Shown one piece after another: positions 41,690 to 54,164 of a stretch of DNA of 64,000 nt. Position 1 is the stretch's first letter. Every line of letters begins with the position of its first letter. Source of the DNA: Nitrospirota bacterium (GTDB taxonomy: Bacteria; Nitrospirota; Nitrospiria; Nitrospirales; NS-4); NCBI GenBank assembly GCA_963788195.1, contig CAWBGA010000017.1, positions 384,001 to 448,000 of the forward strand. The letters run 5' to 3'. Both the position numbers and the translations under genes were made by a program. The notes beneath the pieces are model-generated. The model did not search any database. It was not told the origin of the DNA and worked only from the letters and a program-made list of their open reading frames with translations.

Positions 41690-43322
41690 CTAGTGGCGAA
41701 AATGGCGCATGCCGGTCAGTACCATCGCCATGTTGTGCTCGTCCACCGCCTGCACGATTTCCTGATCGCGGATCGATCCCCCTGGTTGAATCACGGCGGT
41801 AATGCCGGCTTGCGCGGCAGCATCGATCCCATCCCTGAACGGAAAAAACGCATCGGAAGCCATGATGCAGCCCGCGAGGGAGGAGGCTGCCTTCAGCGTA
41901 GCCAGCTTGACGGAGTCGACGCGGCTCATCTGGCCCGCTCCGATCCCGATCGTGCGATCGGCGCGCGCGAACACGATGGCATTCGATTTCACATGCTTGC
42001 ACACCTTCCAGCCGAACGCGAAGGCCTCGTATTCTTCGTCGGTGGGCGGGCGTTTCGAGACCACCTTGAGCGCCCGAATGTCCGGAATGACGCCAAGGTC
42101 CCGGTCCTGGAGGATCAGTCCCCCAACAATCTTTTTCATGTCCATGAGCATCGAGTCCGCTACGGCGTTCATCGTGTAGAGGTCCGACTTCGATCAGTCG
42201 CAAGTCCTTTTTTCTTTTCAGCTCGGCCAACGCGTCCGGGTCGAATCCCGGGGCTACGAGAACTTCGAGAAACGTGCCCGTGAGATCTTTCGCGGTCGCC
42301 AGATCGATCTTCGCGTTGAAGGCCACCACACCGCCGAAGGCCGAAATTGGATCGGTCTCGCGTGCCCGCACATAGGCCTCGCTGGGCGTCTCGCCGATGG
42401 CCGCGCCGCACGGATTGTTGTGCTTCACGATGACGGCGGCTATTTTCGCCGCCCCCGGTGGTGACGTCACGGTCGCGGCGTCTGCCCCCTCGCGGGGCGG
42501 GACGGTGACATCAGACGCAGCAAACTCTTTCACCAGCTCCAGGGCTGCGTTTGCGTCCAGGAAATTGTTATACGACATCTCCTTGCCATGAAGCTGCCGT
42601 CCCCGTGCGATCCCGACCTCGTCACTAGCGAGCTCTCGGTAGAAGGCGCCCTGCTGGTGAGGATTCTCCCCATAGCGAAGGATGTTCACTTTCTCAAACT
42701 GCAGCGACAGCAGCGACGGGAATTTCACCGACGCTCCGGCAGCCTGCGCTTCCAGGTAGCCGCTGATCCTTGCGTCGTACTGAGCCGTGTGCTGAAAGAC
42801 TTTACACGCAAGCTCCACACGCATGGGGAGTGGCACACCACCGTCGCGTAACGCATCCAAGACCCTGGGGTAATCGGCCGGGTCCACCACGACAGTGACA
42901 TCGACATGATTTTTTGCCGCTGACCGCAGCATGGACGGGCCACCGATATCGATGTTCTCGACCGCCTCTTCGAACGTGCAGCCGGGCTTGCTGATGGTCG
43001 CCGCAAAGGGATAGAGGTTCACGGCCACCAGATCGATGGGAGCAATCCCCTGGTTTGCCATTTCGGCTACGTGCCGAGGATCCTGACGGCGGCCCAAAAG
43101 CCCCCCGTGAATCTTGGGATGCAATGTCTTCACGCGGCCGTCGAGGATTTCCGGCGAGCCGGTATACGCGGCCACGTCAGTGATCTTGAGACCCTTCTCC
43201 CGCAGGGCCTTGCCGGTACCGCCTGTAGAAAGAATCTCATATCCGAGCTCTATCAAGGCGTTCGCAAACTCAAAAATGCCAGACTTATCCGAAACGCTGA
43301 TAAGCGCTCGTTTCACAACCAC
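41690..43322 (-). CDS. purH: Bifunctional AICAR transformylase/IMP cyclohydrolase; frameshift near ~42150
   Basis: [72 protein letters not shown]. Confidence 0.96.
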
Positions 43323-43340
43323 TGTCTCCTGATAATGGGG

Positions 43341-43976
43341 TTAAAGTTTGCCCGCTTCGCGGAGTGTTTCACGGAAAACGCGGTAGAACCGGTCATTCTC
43401 TGAGGTGGCTTCCTGCACAATGGCTTTGAGATTGCCCAGCTCCCCCTCGGCGACGAGAAAAGTGACACTTTTGCAGAAGGCCGCGATTGGGTCCAGTGTC
43501 CGGTACAGCTTGCCGATCAGCCCCACATACATGAAGCGCCGTATCGACATCGGCATCGGCTGAAGGTTCTTTAATATGCTGTTATCTTCCGCCGAACCGC
43601 CGTACTCGTCATGAAGGATTACAAGACCATATGCCCCCTGCCAAAGCCGATCGATCGCTTCTTTGGGGTCGTTCACTATATGCACAGTATACCCCAGCTC
43701 TGCAAGAGCCGTTTTGACTCTCATCTGTCCATGAAGCTGGTCCACGCAGACCATTGAGAGGCGTCGGATCTCGGTATCCCCGTTGGCGGACCCGGCGCCG
43801 CCGTCCTCGGGTGCAGGAAACTTCGAGACCTCCAAAGCACTGTTCGGCGAGCGCTTGGCTGTGACCGGAATCTTTTGATGGCATTTCGGACAGGCGACGG
43901 TGACCGAGCCCGCTTTGGGAATCTTCCCATCAGGGATGGAGAGCTTTGCTGAGCAGGTCGTACAGATTAAGATCAT
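43341..43976 (-). CDS. Zn-ribbon (MJ0042-like) domain protein with a degenerate receiver-like C-terminus
   Basis: CTTC..L.IPD.K....CPKC N-terminus; lies directly downstream of the pilT/pilU pair. Confidence 0.65.
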   Translation of the reverse strand: MILICTTCSAKLSIPDGKIPKAGSVTVACPKCHQKIPVTAKRSPNSALEVSKFPAPEDGGAGSANGDTEIRRLSMVCVDQLHGQMRVKTALAELGYTVHIVNDPKEAIDRLWQGAYGLVILHDEYGGSAEDNSILKNLQPMPMSIRRFMYVGLIGKLYRTLDPIAAFCKSVTFLVAEGELGNLKAIVQEATSENDRFYRVFRETLREAGKL

Positions 43977-43982
43977 TGCAGG

Positions 43983-45155
43983 TTAGTGTCTCACCGGCCT
44001 GGCATAGCCCTTGTCCATGCTGAGTCCGTCGATGTCGGTCGTCATCTCGCCGCGCGCATGCTTAATCTGATCGATGCCTCGGTGGACGACCGATTTTTGA
44101 GTGGCGTACAAGAGCGCGTCCTCCTCGGTGATAGAAGCCGCGTTATAGGCGCGAATGAGCGCCTGATCAAAGGTCTGCATGCCGAACGGCGCCCCCGCTT
44201 CCTGGATCTCATAAATCGTCTTGCCCTCGGACTCCCCGAGTTGAATCACTTCTTTCAACCGCAGATTGGTCATGAGAATGTCGTGGACCGCAACCCGACC
44301 GCCTCCCACTTTGGGGAGGAGCCGCTGCCCGACGATCCATTTCATGGCATCCGCTAGGCGGAGACGGATATGGCGCTCTTCCTCGGCGGGGAACATACCG
44401 ATGATGCGGTTGATGGTGCGCGCGGCATCAATCGTATGCAAGGTACTGAATACCAAATGGCCGGTTTCTGAAGCTCTGAGCGCCAATTCCAATGTCTCGC
44501 GGTCACGCATTTCCCCGACGAGGATGACCTTTGGCGCGGCGCGTAGAGCGGCACGCAGCCCGTTTGAGAATGTGTCGAAGTCGCTGCCAAGCTGCCGCTG
44601 ATTAAATGTGGCTTTCTGCTTATGGTGCACAAATTCGACCGGGTCTTCCAGCGTAATAATGTGCACCGGCTTGGTCTGATTGATCTCGTTCAGCAGGGCC
44701 GCAAGCGTCGTGGTTTTGCCGACACCGGTCGGCCCGGTCACTAGAATCAAACCGTTTTTCTCGTCGGCCGTTTTTTTGAGAACCTCCGGCAGCTTGAGCT
44801 CGTCGATGGTTGGAATTTTGTTTTCCAGCTTTCTCATCGCAATCGAGTAATGGCCCTGCTGCTGGAAGATGTTCACACGCAGGCGGGTTTGACGGGGCAT
44901 CACGTAGGACTGGTCGCATGATCCTTCTAGCACCAGAGTCTTATAGAGCCGGCGGTCGTTATTGATGAGATTGAGCGCGAAGACCTCTGTTTGAAAAGGC
45001 GTGAGTTTCTCGATGGCCGGTTCTAACGAGACGGGCAGGAGTTCGCCATTGGTCTCTACCTGCAGCGGATAGTCCACTGTCAGATTGAGATCCGAGACAT
45101 TCTGGTGCGAATCAACCATCGTCGCCAGCATGATATCTACTTCGTGCTTTCTCAT
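43983..45155 (-). CDS. pilU: PilT/PilU-family type IV pilus retraction ATPase
   Basis: GPTGVGKTTT, TLEDPVEF, GEMRDRET, ETGHLVFSTLHT, GMQTFDQ. Confidence 0.85.
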   Translation of the reverse strand: MRKHEVDIMLATMVDSHQNVSDLNLTVDYPLQVETNGELLPVSLEPAIEKLTPFQTEVFALNLINNDRRLYKTLVLEGSCDQSYVMPRQTRLRVNIFQQQGHYSIAMRKLENKIPTIDELKLPEVLKKTADEKNGLILVTGPTGVGKTTTLAALLNEINQTKPVHIITLEDPVEFVHHKQKATFNQRQLGSDFDTFSNGLRAALRAAPKVILVGEMRDRETLELALRASETGHLVFSTLHTIDAARTINRIIGMFPAEEERHIRLRLADAMKWIVGQRLLPKVGGGRVAVHDILMTNLRLKEVIQLGESEGKTIYEIQEAGAPFGMQTFDQALIRAYNAASITEEDALLYATQKSVVHRGIDQIKHARGEMTTDIDGLSMDKGYARPVRH

Positions 45156-45196
45156 GGCGTCCTTTCCGGTGGCCGTTCAGAGCCTGTCGCCGAAAC

Positions 45197-46276
45197 TTAC
45201 CCGGCCATGTCATCCGGCGGCGTCTTGAGAAACTGGGCGAACTTGCCTTTATCGATGCACTTGTCGTAGGCCTCTTCGGCACTGATCCATTTTTTCTGCA
45301 GCACCTCCATGATCGCGTCATCGAGGGTCTGCATCCCGTACTTCTTCCCGACTTGAATGATCGATGGGATTTGGAAGGTTTTGTTCTCTCGAATCAAATT
45401 GGAGATCGCGGGATTGCACACCATGACTTCCAACGCGGAGCACCGGCCCTTCATATCGATTCGCTTGAATAGGTTCTGTGCCACCACAAGCTTCAGACTC
45501 GTGGAAAGCGTATTACGCACCTGGTTCTGCTGTTCGTGAGGAAACACCTCGATCACACGGTCGACCGTCTTCGCCGCGCTGGTCGTGTGCAGCGTGGCAA
45601 AGACCAGATGGCCGGTCGCGGCCGCCTCAAGAGCCAAGCTGATGGTTTCGAGATCCCGCATTTCCCCCACCAAAATGATATCAGGGTCCTCACGCAGCGC
45701 TCCTCGAAGACCGGTTCCAAATGACTTCGTATGGGTACCGATCTCGCGATGGTTGACGACGCACCCATGGCTCTGATGGACAAACTCGATCGGGTCTTCC
45801 AGGGTAATGATGTGATCCTTCCGATGCTTATTGGCATGATCCAGCATGGCGGCGAGCGTGGTGGATTTTCCGCTCCCGGTCGGGCCCGTGACCAGGACCA
45901 GACCTTTATGGAGCATGCTGGCCCTCGTGAGAATCGCCGGCAGCCCAAGGTCGTGCGCCGTTGAGATCTTTGTCGGGATCTGTCGGAAGGCCGCCCCCAC
46001 CCCGTATTTCTGATTAAAAAAGTTCGCGCGGTAGCGTGCGACACCGGGGATTTCGTAGCCGAAATCGACGTCTCCCGTTTCCTCAAAGACCTTGATCTTT
46101 GGTTCGGGCGCGATTTCGTAGAGCATTTTCTTTAGTTCGTCGTTCTCGAGCACCTGGTATTTGATGCGTTCGAGATCACCGTGCACCCGGAGAATCGGGA
46201 CCTGCCCCGAGACCAAATGCAAGTCGGAAGCTCCTTGCTCGTTCATGAGCTTGAAGAATGCGTCGATCTTGGCCAT
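45197..46276 (-). CDS. pilT: Type IV pilus twitching motility ATPase PilT
   Basis: ASDLHL, GPTGSGKSTTLA, LREDPDIILVGEMRD, TGHLVFATLHT, NLIRENK, GMQTLD. Confidence 0.93.
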   Translation of the reverse strand: MAKIDAFFKLMNEQGASDLHLVSGQVPILRVHGDLERIKYQVLENDELKKMLYEIAPEPKIKVFEETGDVDFGYEIPGVARYRANFFNQKYGVGAAFRQIPTKISTAHDLGLPAILTRASMLHKGLVLVTGPTGSGKSTTLAAMLDHANKHRKDHIITLEDPIEFVHQSHGCVVNHREIGTHTKSFGTGLRGALREDPDIILVGEMRDLETISLALEAAATGHLVFATLHTTSAAKTVDRVIEVFPHEQQNQVRNTLSTSLKLVVAQNLFKRIDMKGRCSALEVMVCNPAISNLIRENKTFQIPSIIQVGKKYGMQTLDDAIMEVLQKKWISAEEAYDKCIDKGKFAQFLKTPPDDMAG

Positions 46277-46589
46277 GCTGACGCCTTTCGGACTGGATCA
46301 CACTGCACAAAACTCCATCTCAAAGCTACCATAACCCTTTAGTCAGGTCAATGAAAACCCTTATTTGAATCACCTATGGTGCCATCTGGCGCGCCTAAAC
46401 GGGAAGCGCGGCACTGGTTTACGGAGCACGCCGGGTGCCCGTTTCCTCTGGACCGAGCAGGGTGAACTGGAGGCGCCGGTCACCATCAGACACAGGAGAG
46501 CAGCGTTCGCCACCACGAGGCTTCACTCGTCGAAAGGCATCGGCACCCGTTGCACTCGGTATGACAACGGGTCTCATGAGCAGCGTTTA

Positions 46590-46618
46590 TTGACTTCGTG
46601 CACGTCTCACACTAAAAT
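46590..46618 (+). promoter_or_regulatory. sigma70 promoter for dnaE-accA
   Basis: TTGACT-N17-TAAAAT ends 43 nt upstream of GTG 46662. Confidence 0.65.
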
Positions 46619-46661
46619 GGGCCGGCTCTCATCGAGACGCCGACCCGACGAAGGACACCGC

Positions 46662-49600
46662 GTGGCGTCAGAATTCGTCCACCTGCACGTACACACTCAA
46701 TACAGCTTGCTCGACGGGGCCAATCAGATCGAGGCCTTGGTGCAGGCGGTCAAGAGTTTCGGCATGCCGGCCGTGGCGGTCACGGACCACGGCAACCTCT
46801 TTGGGGCGCTCGACTTCTACCAGAAGGCGACCGCAGCGGGGATCAAGCCGATTATCGGCTGCGAAGCCTACCTGGCGCCCAAGAGTCGATTTGATCGGGA
46901 AGGCCAATTTGCACACAACGATTACTATCATTTGACGCTGCTCGCCGCGAATCGGACCGGCTATCAAAACCTCTTAAAGCTGGCGAGCACCGCCTATCTC
47001 GATGGTTTTTACTATAAGCCGCGGATCGATAAGGAGGTGCTGCGCCAGTACGGAGAAGGCCTCATCGGGCTGTCGGGGTGCCTCAGCGGTGAAGTGCCCT
47101 TCTTGATCGGACGGGACCGTATGGAAGATGCCCTTCGCACGGCGGTCGAGTATCGAGAGCTCTTTGGAGAGGGAAATTACTTTCTCGAGGTCCAGGAGAA
47201 TGCCGTCCCGGAGCAACAGGTCGCGAATCGAGGCTTACGGGAGATTCATGATCGGCTGGGAATTCCCCTGGTGGCGACCAATGACTGCCATTACCTGAAG
47301 AAAGAGGACGCGAAGGTTCATGATATTCTGCTGTGCCTGCAGACCGGCAAGACCGTCAGTGACCCAAACCGCATGCGCTTCAACACCGATCAGCTATACG
47401 TCAAGTCTCAGGAGGAAATGCTCGCGGCGTTTCACGAATGGCCCCAGGCCGTCTACAATACGACCCGCGTCGCGGAGATGTGCGAGCTGTCCTTCACCTT
47501 TGGGACTGCCCACCTGCCCCAGTACCGAGTGCCGGAGGGCGAAACCCGGGAGACCTATCTTGACAAGCTTGCCCTCCAGGGACTCGCAGACCGTCTTCGG
47601 GAGCGCCCGTCGTCCATTCCTGCAGCACAGTACCAACAACGGCTTCGTGACGAACTGACCATCATCACCTCGATGGGATTCGCGGGGTACTTTTTGATTG
47701 TGTGGGATATCATTAATTTTGCCCGGGGCCGCCGCATCCCCGTGGGGCCCGGGCGTGGATCAGCTGCGGGCAGCCTGGTCGCGTACGCTCTGCGCATCAC
47801 GGATCTTGACCCACTGGTCTATGGGCTGCTGTTTGAGCGTTTTCTAAATCCCGAGCGCGTGTCACTGCCGGATATCGACATGGACTTCTGCATGGACCGG
47901 CGTCAGGAAGTGATCAACTACGTGGTGGACAAGTATGGCAAAGATTATGTTTGCCAAATCATTACCTTCGGGACGATGAAAGCCAAGGCCGCCATTCGAG
48001 ACGTGGGACGGGTGCTGGAAATGCCGTATGCGGATGTCGACCGTATCGCGAAGCTGGTTCCCGACCAACTGAACATCACCCTGAGTGAGGCGTTGGAAGC
48101 CGAACCGCGTCTGAAAGAAATCGTGGAGAGCGATCCGAAGGTCCGAACCGTGTTTGAAACCGCGCGCGCCCTGGAAAACTCGCCACGCCATGCCTCGACA
48201 CATGCGGCAGGCGTCGTGATCTCACATGAGCCTCTGACCAGCCACATTCCGTTGTTTAAAGGCGCAAAGGACACTGACGAAGTCGTATCCCAGTTCCCCA
48301 TGGGGGATGTGGAGAGGATCGGCCTCGTGAAGTTTGATTTCCTGGGGCTCAAGACTCTGACCATGATTTCGCACGCCGAGCGCCTCATCAATGCCCGCCG
48401 CGGCGCGGGCGATGTCTTCTCCATCGGCACGATACCCCTCGACGCCCCCGCGCCGTTCGCGATGCTGTCCACGGGCAAGACCGCAGGGGTGTTCCAGTTG
48501 GAGAGTCCGGGCATGCGCGATCTCCTGACGGGCCTTCGCCCTGACCGCTTCGAGGAGATCATCGCCATCATCGCCCTCTATCGGCCCGGTCCGATGGATC
48601 TGATTCCCGACTTTATCAAGCGCAAACAGGGAAAGATTCCCATCACCTACGAAGTGCCGGCCCTCGAAGAGTTTCTGACCGAGACATACGGCGTGATCGT
48701 GTATCAGGAGCAGGTCATGGCGATCGCCAATAGGGTCGCGGGCCTCTCGCTTGGTCAAGCTGATATTCTGCGGCGCGCGATGGGCAAGAAGAAACCGGAG
48801 GAGATGGACAAGCTGCGCGCAAAGTTTCTCGAAGGCGCGAAATCACGAGGCATCTCGGACAAGAAAGCCGAAAAACTATTCGATTTGATTCAAAAGTTCG
48901 CGGGATACGGCTTCAACAAATCGCATGCGGCGGCGTACGCCATGGTCACCTATCAGACCGCCTATCTCAAGGCCCATTATCCCCATGAATTCATGGCCGC
49001 CTTGCTGACGAGCGAGATGGGAAATACCGACAAGGTGGTCCGTTATATTAATGAATGTCGCGACCTCGGGATACAGGTGCTCCCTCCGGACGTCAACGAA
49101 AGTGAAAAGGATTTTGCAGTGTCAGCGGAGGCGATTCGGTTCGGATTGGCCGCTATCAAGAACGTCGGCGAGGGACCGATCGAAACCATTCTCCAGGCGC
49201 GGAGAGCCGGCGGTCCGTTCATCTCATTTAGTGACTTTTGCCACCGAGTGGACATGCGGAAACTCACGAAGCGCGCGGTGGAATGTCTCATAAAAGTAGG
49301 GGCCTTTGATTCCACGGGCGCACGGCGGGCCCAGCTCGCGGAGGTGCTCGACCGAACCGTCGATCAGGGGCTGGCGGCTCAACGCGCCGTATCGCAAGGG
49401 CAGACCAGCATCTTTGCCGCCCTCGACTCTGACGAGACAACGGGTCACCCGTTCCCGATTCAGGACGGCGTGCCTACAGTGCCGGAGTGGAAGGAAGATC
49501 AGCTTTTGGCGTATGAGAAAGAGCTGATCGGATTCTATATTACGAGCCATCCGCTCTCGCGGTACGCCGAGGCCACCGCCCGCTATTCGAACTGCCGCTG

Positions 49601-50126
49601 CGATTGCCTGAATGAAGTGGCGGATGCCAAAGAAGTAAAACTCTGCGGCATCATCGGGACGATCAAGCGCACGGTGACGAAAAAGGGTGATCAGATGGCC
49701 TATTTCACGCTTGAGGACTTCCATGGCACGGCTGAAATCATAGTCTTTCCCGATCTCTACCAGACGGCCGCATCGCTCATTACCCCTGAATCAGTGGTGC
49801 AGGTCACGGGGACCTTGGATCGCGGCGAAAAGGCTACGAGGATCAAGGCCACCAAGCTTCTCTCGCTGGCAAATTTAATGGTCAGCGGGTATTCGAAGGT
49901 GACGATTCAAGTCTCCTCCGATGCGGCGTCCCCTCATACCTTCCTCAAATTACGTGAGCTGCTCCACCGGCATCCGGGGGCCTGCCCGGTGTATCTGGCG
50001 TTGACCATTCATGAGCACTCCGAGTCAATCATCGCCGTCGGCCCAGAGCTCCGGGTACTGCCCAACACCCGGTTGGTCGGCGATATCGAAGGCCTGATCG
50101 GCAAAGGCGCTGTGTCACTTCAATAG
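46662..50126 (+). CDS. dnaE: DNA polymerase III alpha subunit
   Basis: [15 protein letters not shown] (PHP), [33 protein letters not shown]-terminal OB fold. GTG start with SD AAGGA. Confidence 0.97.
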   Translation: MASEFVHLHVHTQYSLLDGANQIEALVQAVKSFGMPAVAVTDHGNLFGALDFYQKATAAGIKPIIGCEAYLAPKSRFDREGQFAHNDYYHLTLLAANRTGYQNLLKLASTAYLDGFYYKPRIDKEVLRQYGEGLIGLSGCLSGEVPFLIGRDRMEDALRTAVEYRELFGEGNYFLEVQENAVPEQQVANRGLREIHDRLGIPLVATNDCHYLKKEDAKVHDILLCLQTGKTVSDPNRMRFNTDQLYVKSQEEMLAAFHEWPQAVYNTTRVAEMCELSFTFGTAHLPQYRVPEGETRETYLDKLALQGLADRLRERPSSIPAAQYQQRLRDELTIITSMGFAGYFLIVWDIINFARGRRIPVGPGRGSAAGSLVAYALRITDLDPLVYGLLFERFLNPERVSLPDIDMDFCMDRRQEVINYVVDKYGKDYVCQIITFGTMKAKAAIRDVGRVLEMPYADVDRIAKLVPDQLNITLSEALEAEPRLKEIVESDPKVRTVFETARALENSPRHASTHAAGVVISHEPLTSHIPLFKGAKDTDEVVSQFPMGDVERIGLVKFDFLGLKTLTMISHAERLINARRGAGDVFSIGTIPLDAPAPFAMLSTGKTAGVFQLESPGMRDLLTGLRPDRFEEIIAIIALYRPGPMDLIPDFIKRKQGKIPITYEVPALEEFLTETYGVIVYQEQVMAIANRVAGLSLGQADILRRAMGKKKPEEMDKLRAKFLEGAKSRGISDKKAEKLFDLIQKFAGYGFNKSHAAAYAMVTYQTAYLKAHYPHEFMAALLTSEMGNTDKVVRYINECRDLGIQVLPPDVNESEKDFAVSAEAIRFGLAAIKNVGEGPIETILQARRAGGPFISFSDFCHRVDMRKLTKRAVECLIKVGAFDSTGARRAQLAEVLDRTVDQGLAAQRAVSQGQTSIFAALDSDETTGHPFPIQDGVPTVPEWKEDQLLAYEKELIGFYITSHPLSRYAEATARYSNCRCDCLNEVADAKEVKLCGIIGTIKRTVTKKGDQMAYFTLEDFHGTAEIIVFPDLYQTAASLITPESVVQVTGTLDRGEKATRIKATKLLSLANLMVSGYSKVTIQVSSDAASPHTFLKLRELLHRHPGACPVYLALTIHEHSESIIAVGPELRVLPNTRLVGDIEGLIGKGAVSLQ

Positions 50127-50133
50127 GAGCACC

Positions 50134-51090
50134 GTGCGCGAATATCTCGACTTCGAAAAACCTATCGCGGAGATTGAAGAAAAGCTCGAAAAGCTCGGCG
50201 CATCCACGGGCGCTCGTGGGGCCAGGCAAGACGACGTCAATAAACTTCGGATAAAACTGCACCAGCTCCAAACCGAGATCTATGCGGGCTTGTCCCCCTG
50301 GCAGCGAACTCAGGTCGCTCGCCATCTACAGCGTCCCTCTACCCTGGATTACATCGGCAAGCTGTGCGACAGCTTCATCGAGCTCCACGGTGATCGCGCC
50401 TTTGCCGACGATCACGCGATTGTGGGAGGACTTGCCCGGTTCAACGGCCGCCCGGTGGTCGTGATCGGGCATCAGAAGGGCAAGACGCTGAAGGAACGTA
50501 TGTTTCGAAACTTCGGCATGCCGAATCCTGAAGGATACCGAAAAGCGTTACGGCTGATGCGGCTGGCGGAGAAGTTTGGAAAGCCGCTGCTCACGTTTAT
50601 CGACACCCCCGGCGCCTATCCGGGCATCGGAGCGGAAGAGCGCGGACAATCGGAAGCGATCGCGCGTAATCTGCTCGTCATGGGCTCACTGCGGGTGCCG
50701 ATTATCGCCGTGGTGATCGGCGAAGGTGGCAGCGGAGGAGCCCTGGCGATCGGGGTTGCGGACCGTCTGCTGATGTTGCAGCACGCGGTCTATTCCGTGA
50801 TCTCGCCGGAGGGCTGCGCCGCCATTTTGTGGAATGACCAGAGCAAGGCCGCTGACGCAGCTGAGGCGCTCAAGATGACTTCCGAGGATCTTCTCAAACT
50901 CGGCATCGCCGACCAGGTAATCCCCGAGCCGCTCGGCGGCGCTCATCGGGACCCGTCGCTGAGTTGCGACACGGTAAAAAAGGTGATCGAGACGCATTTG
51001 AGTCAGCTGCTGGAATTTTCAACCGACGACCTCTTAAAGCGCCGCTATGAAAAATACCGCCGCATCGGCGTTCTAGCCGAGAACTCATGA
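50134..51090 (+). CDS. accA: Acetyl-CoA carboxylase carboxyltransferase alpha subunit
   Basis: [60 protein letters not shown]. Confidence 0.97.
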   Translation: MREYLDFEKPIAEIEEKLEKLGASTGARGARQDDVNKLRIKLHQLQTEIYAGLSPWQRTQVARHLQRPSTLDYIGKLCDSFIELHGDRAFADDHAIVGGLARFNGRPVVVIGHQKGKTLKERMFRNFGMPNPEGYRKALRLMRLAEKFGKPLLTFIDTPGAYPGIGAEERGQSEAIARNLLVMGSLRVPIIAVVIGEGGSGGALAIGVADRLLMLQHAVYSVISPEGCAAILWNDQSKAADAAEALKMTSEDLLKLGIADQVIPEPLGGAHRDPSLSCDTVKKVIETHLSQLLEFSTDDLLKRRYEKYRRIGVLAENS

Positions 51091-52871
51091 CCCACGTGCG
51101 CCCGGAGGCGCACCCGAACGCTCCTACACAAATAGAATGGCCGGTTGAGCGAAGCGCCACGCGTGCCGTCGGTCAGTCCGACGGTGTCTTGTCGGATCTG
51201 AACTTCGGCGAAGTGTTTCCCTTCGTCTGCAAACCTTTGGCCAAGGACTACCTTTCGCGGTACATTGGCCCTCTCCTGGCCTCCCAATTCGGGGGGCTCC
51301 CCCGCGCCCATTCGCTTGCCCGGGAAATCAATCCCATGGCGTTTGTCGCGGGCCGGCCGTACATGGATCTCTGCGCCTACATCACGCTGCCCGGGGTGGC
51401 AAGGCATCTGAGATCACTGGAATCGGCCGATCAGATAAAAGGCGCCGCCGTCGCCGCGGTCGCAAAGGCCGGCCGGCTCCGGGCGCTCCCCCTCCCGCTG
51501 ACATCCCGCTGGCTGTTGTCTGTGGCCTATGCGCTCTCATCCGCCCGATCAGCGGCATGGCTTCTCCGAAGGGAAAGACCGGTCAAATTGGTGCAGGCTT
51601 ATCGGGACCGCGCCGAGCAACTGCGAGCCATCGTGCGGCAACCCCTTGGCCATAAACCCTCAGTCATCCTGCTGCAAGACCTCGATGAACATGCTTACAC
51701 GACCGGCGACGTCACGACCGACGCCCTGCGGCATTTGAGCGTGGCGTTCGTTCTCCATGGCGCGCTCCAGCAGCTCCTGGGAGACCGAGTGCCGAGCGCC
51801 CTTATTCACGATCTAGGACAGGGCATTCCGAATAACTTTACGACGGAAGTCTCTCTAGATCTCTGGCAACTCTCCGTCGAGGCCCGCCCACTGGCCGGCA
51901 TCTTTTCAGAGACGCCGCCGGATCAGCTTCCCGGCCGTTTGAAAATGACGGAACAAGGACGCAGGTGGTGGGCTCGATTCGAGGAGGTCCTGAATCAGCA
52001 CGGACATCGAGGCGAAGTGGAATTGGATATTACGGCGCCCCGTTGGCGGGAGGAGCCCCGATTCTTATTACAGACTATTGCCAACTATTTGCGCCACGCG
52101 GAAGATCAACCGAGTCCCGCCGAGATGTTAAGGAACGGAATGGGTCGGCGGGAAGCGGCCGCGAGTGCGATTCGAGACATGCTTCCCATTCCCACACGCT
52201 TGCTGTTCAACTGGCTGTACAGGCGCTACGTGCTGTGGATGCCGTTCCGCGAGGCGGGAAAATATACCTGGTTACTGTGGCTGGAGTTCTCTCGAAATGT
52301 GTATCGGGAACTGGGGCGCCGGCTGGTCGCCGACGGACAGCTCCACAGCATCGATGATGTCTTCTGGCTTCGTCTCGATGAGCTTTCACGGTGGGCTACG
52401 TCCGGCACGACCACCTGGTCCGCCGCGATTCTAAAGGAACGTAAAGAACAATGGGCCCAGTGGAGGGCGCTCAGGCCTCCCCCTCTTCTGATTGGGAACC
52501 GCGGAGCACTGGAGGGCGGATCAGTGACACCTGCACACTCTCAACGATCGATGCTTCGCGGAACCCCCGCGTCCTCCGGCAAGGCCGAGGGAGTCGCCAG
52601 AGTCATGACCGACCCTGGCGAAGCCGAGATCCGACAAGGTGAGATACTCGTGACGCGCTACACTGACCCCGCGTGGACGCCCTTGTTTTTTACAGCCGGC
52701 GCGCTCATTACCGAAGTCGGCGGGGTACTGAGCCATGGTGCAGTGGTCGCACGCGAGGTCGGGCTACCGGCGATTGTCGGCGTCACAGACGCGACGACAT
52801 TCATACGTAACGGTCAGCGGCTTCGAGTCAATGCCACCGAAGGAACGGTCGAGCTATTAGAGGAAGACTGA
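51087..52871 (+). CDS. PEP-utilising/rifamycin-phosphotransferase-like protein lacking the N-terminal ATP-grasp domain
   Basis: [27 protein letters not shown], and a C-terminal swivel domain [28 protein letters not shown] overlap with accA. Confidence 0.8.
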   Translation: MTHVRPEAHPNAPTQIEWPVERSATRAVGQSDGVLSDLNFGEVFPFVCKPLAKDYLSRYIGPLLASQFGGLPRAHSLAREINPMAFVAGRPYMDLCAYITLPGVARHLRSLESADQIKGAAVAAVAKAGRLRALPLPLTSRWLLSVAYALSSARSAAWLLRRERPVKLVQAYRDRAEQLRAIVRQPLGHKPSVILLQDLDEHAYTTGDVTTDALRHLSVAFVLHGALQQLLGDRVPSALIHDLGQGIPNNFTTEVSLDLWQLSVEARPLAGIFSETPPDQLPGRLKMTEQGRRWWARFEEVLNQHGHRGEVELDITAPRWREEPRFLLQTIANYLRHAEDQPSPAEMLRNGMGRREAAASAIRDMLPIPTRLLFNWLYRRYVLWMPFREAGKYTWLLWLEFSRNVYRELGRRLVADGQLHSIDDVFWLRLDELSRWATSGTTTWSAAILKERKEQWAQWRALRPPPLLIGNRGALEGGSVTPAHSQRSMLRGTPASSGKAEGVARVMTDPGEAEIRQGEILVTRYTDPAWTPLFFTAGALITEVGGVLSHGAVVAREVGLPAIVGVTDATTFIRNGQRLRVNATEGTVELLEED

Positions 52872-52897
52872 CGCGTCTACCTGCTTTGCGAATGGTC

Positions 52898-54139
52898 TTA
52901 CCGGTGCGAGGTCCTGGCCGGAACCGGACGAGCAGGTCTGTATCCAGAAGGCCGTCCCGGCCTGCCGTTTGACTCACGAGGGCCGGATGGCCTGAAGGTC
53001 GCCACGGCAGCCTCCGGACTCCCGACTGCAAGAGGAACCCGTTGCCCCAATAGTTTCTCAATCGCCCGCAGACCGCCATGATCATCAGTGGTCACAAAAC
53101 TAGTGGCCCGGCCGAGCGCTTTCATACGCGCCGTCCGTCCAATGCGATGGACATAGTCTTCCGGCGAATTCGGCATGTCGAAATTGACGACGTGCCCGAT
53201 GTTCGCGACGTCGATGCCGCGCGCCGCTATATCGGTGGCGACCAGAACCCGGTGTATGCCGCGTTTGAAACCTTCCAGCGCCGCCCGTCTCTGCGGAAGA
53301 CTGCGGTCGCCATGGATGACGGCGACCTTATGGCCTGCGCTGCCCAGGGCTCTCATGAGACGATCGGCGCGATGCTTGGTCCGGGTGAAGACCAGGACGG
53401 ACTCCTGATCCTGTCCTAATAGGTGGATCAATAGCTTGGTCTTGTCGTCATGGGTGGTATGATGCAACGCCTGCGTGACGCCCCCCGCCGCACTGGCCGG
53501 CTTGTCCGCCATGATGCGGACGGGATCTTTGACGCTCGCCCGCGCAAGGTCTTTAAGATCCGCCGGCATCGTGGCCGAGAACAATAAGGTTTGCCTCTCT
53601 TCAGGCAATGCCTGCAAGATCTGGTTGATCTGGGGGGCGAAGCCCATGTCCAGCATGCGGTCCGCCTCGTCCAACACCAGGATCTTGATCGAGGTCAGGC
53701 TGATTGTGCCGTTCCACATATGGTCCAGCAGACGCCCCGGCGTCGCGACAATGATCTCCGGGCGCTGACGCAGCCCGCGAACTTGCGCGTTCATGTCGGC
53801 GCCTCCCACAACGGTCGTAGCGAACACGCGGCGGCTGCGACCGAACTTATCGATTGCCTCCTGGGTCTGAATTGCCAACTCGCGCGTCGGCGCCAAGATG
53901 AGCGCCAGCGGATGTCCTTTCGGCATGGCGGCGAGTCGCTCGATCATAGGAATCACGAATGCTGCTGTCTTACCGGTTCCGGTTTGCGCGCAGCCGAGGA
54001 CGTCCCGACCTAGAAGCGCGGGGGGAATGGCACCCATCTGGATGGGCGTAGGTTCGGTGAATCCTGCCTTGGTGAGGTCTCGCAAGATCGCGTCAGACAA
54101 ACCAAGGGAGTGAAAACTGTTAGTGACAGTCGTGTGCAC
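52898..54139 (-). CDS. DEAD-box RNA helicase (RhlE-like)
   Basis: Q motif PTPIQ, AQTGTGKT, PTRELA, TPGRL, DEAD, SAT, ARGID, HRIGRTAR. Confidence 0.96.
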   Translation of the reverse strand: MHTTVTNSFHSLGLSDAILRDLTKAGFTEPTPIQMGAIPPALLGRDVLGCAQTGTGKTAAFVIPMIERLAAMPKGHPLALILAPTRELAIQTQEAIDKFGRSRRVFATTVVGGADMNAQVRGLRQRPEIIVATPGRLLDHMWNGTISLTSIKILVLDEADRMLDMGFAPQINQILQALPEERQTLLFSATMPADLKDLARASVKDPVRIMADKPASAAGGVTQALHHTTHDDKTKLLIHLLGQDQESVLVFTRTKHRADRLMRALGSAGHKVAVIHGDRSLPQRRAALEGFKRGIHRVLVATDIAARGIDVANIGHVVNFDMPNSPEDYVHRIGRTARMKALGRATSFVTTDDHGGLRAIEKLLGQRVPLAVGSPEAAVATFRPSGPRESNGRPGRPSGYRPARPVPARTSHR

Positions 54140-54164
54140 AGAAAAATCCTTTCGTTTAGGATCG

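Noticed and set aside
46365..46661. 99-aa N-terminal extension of DnaE in the ORF track, or an intein in DnaE
   Set aside because: A promoter at 46590-46618 and an SD before GTG 46662 indicate the shorter start. The remaining length is typical and no intein motifs were seen.
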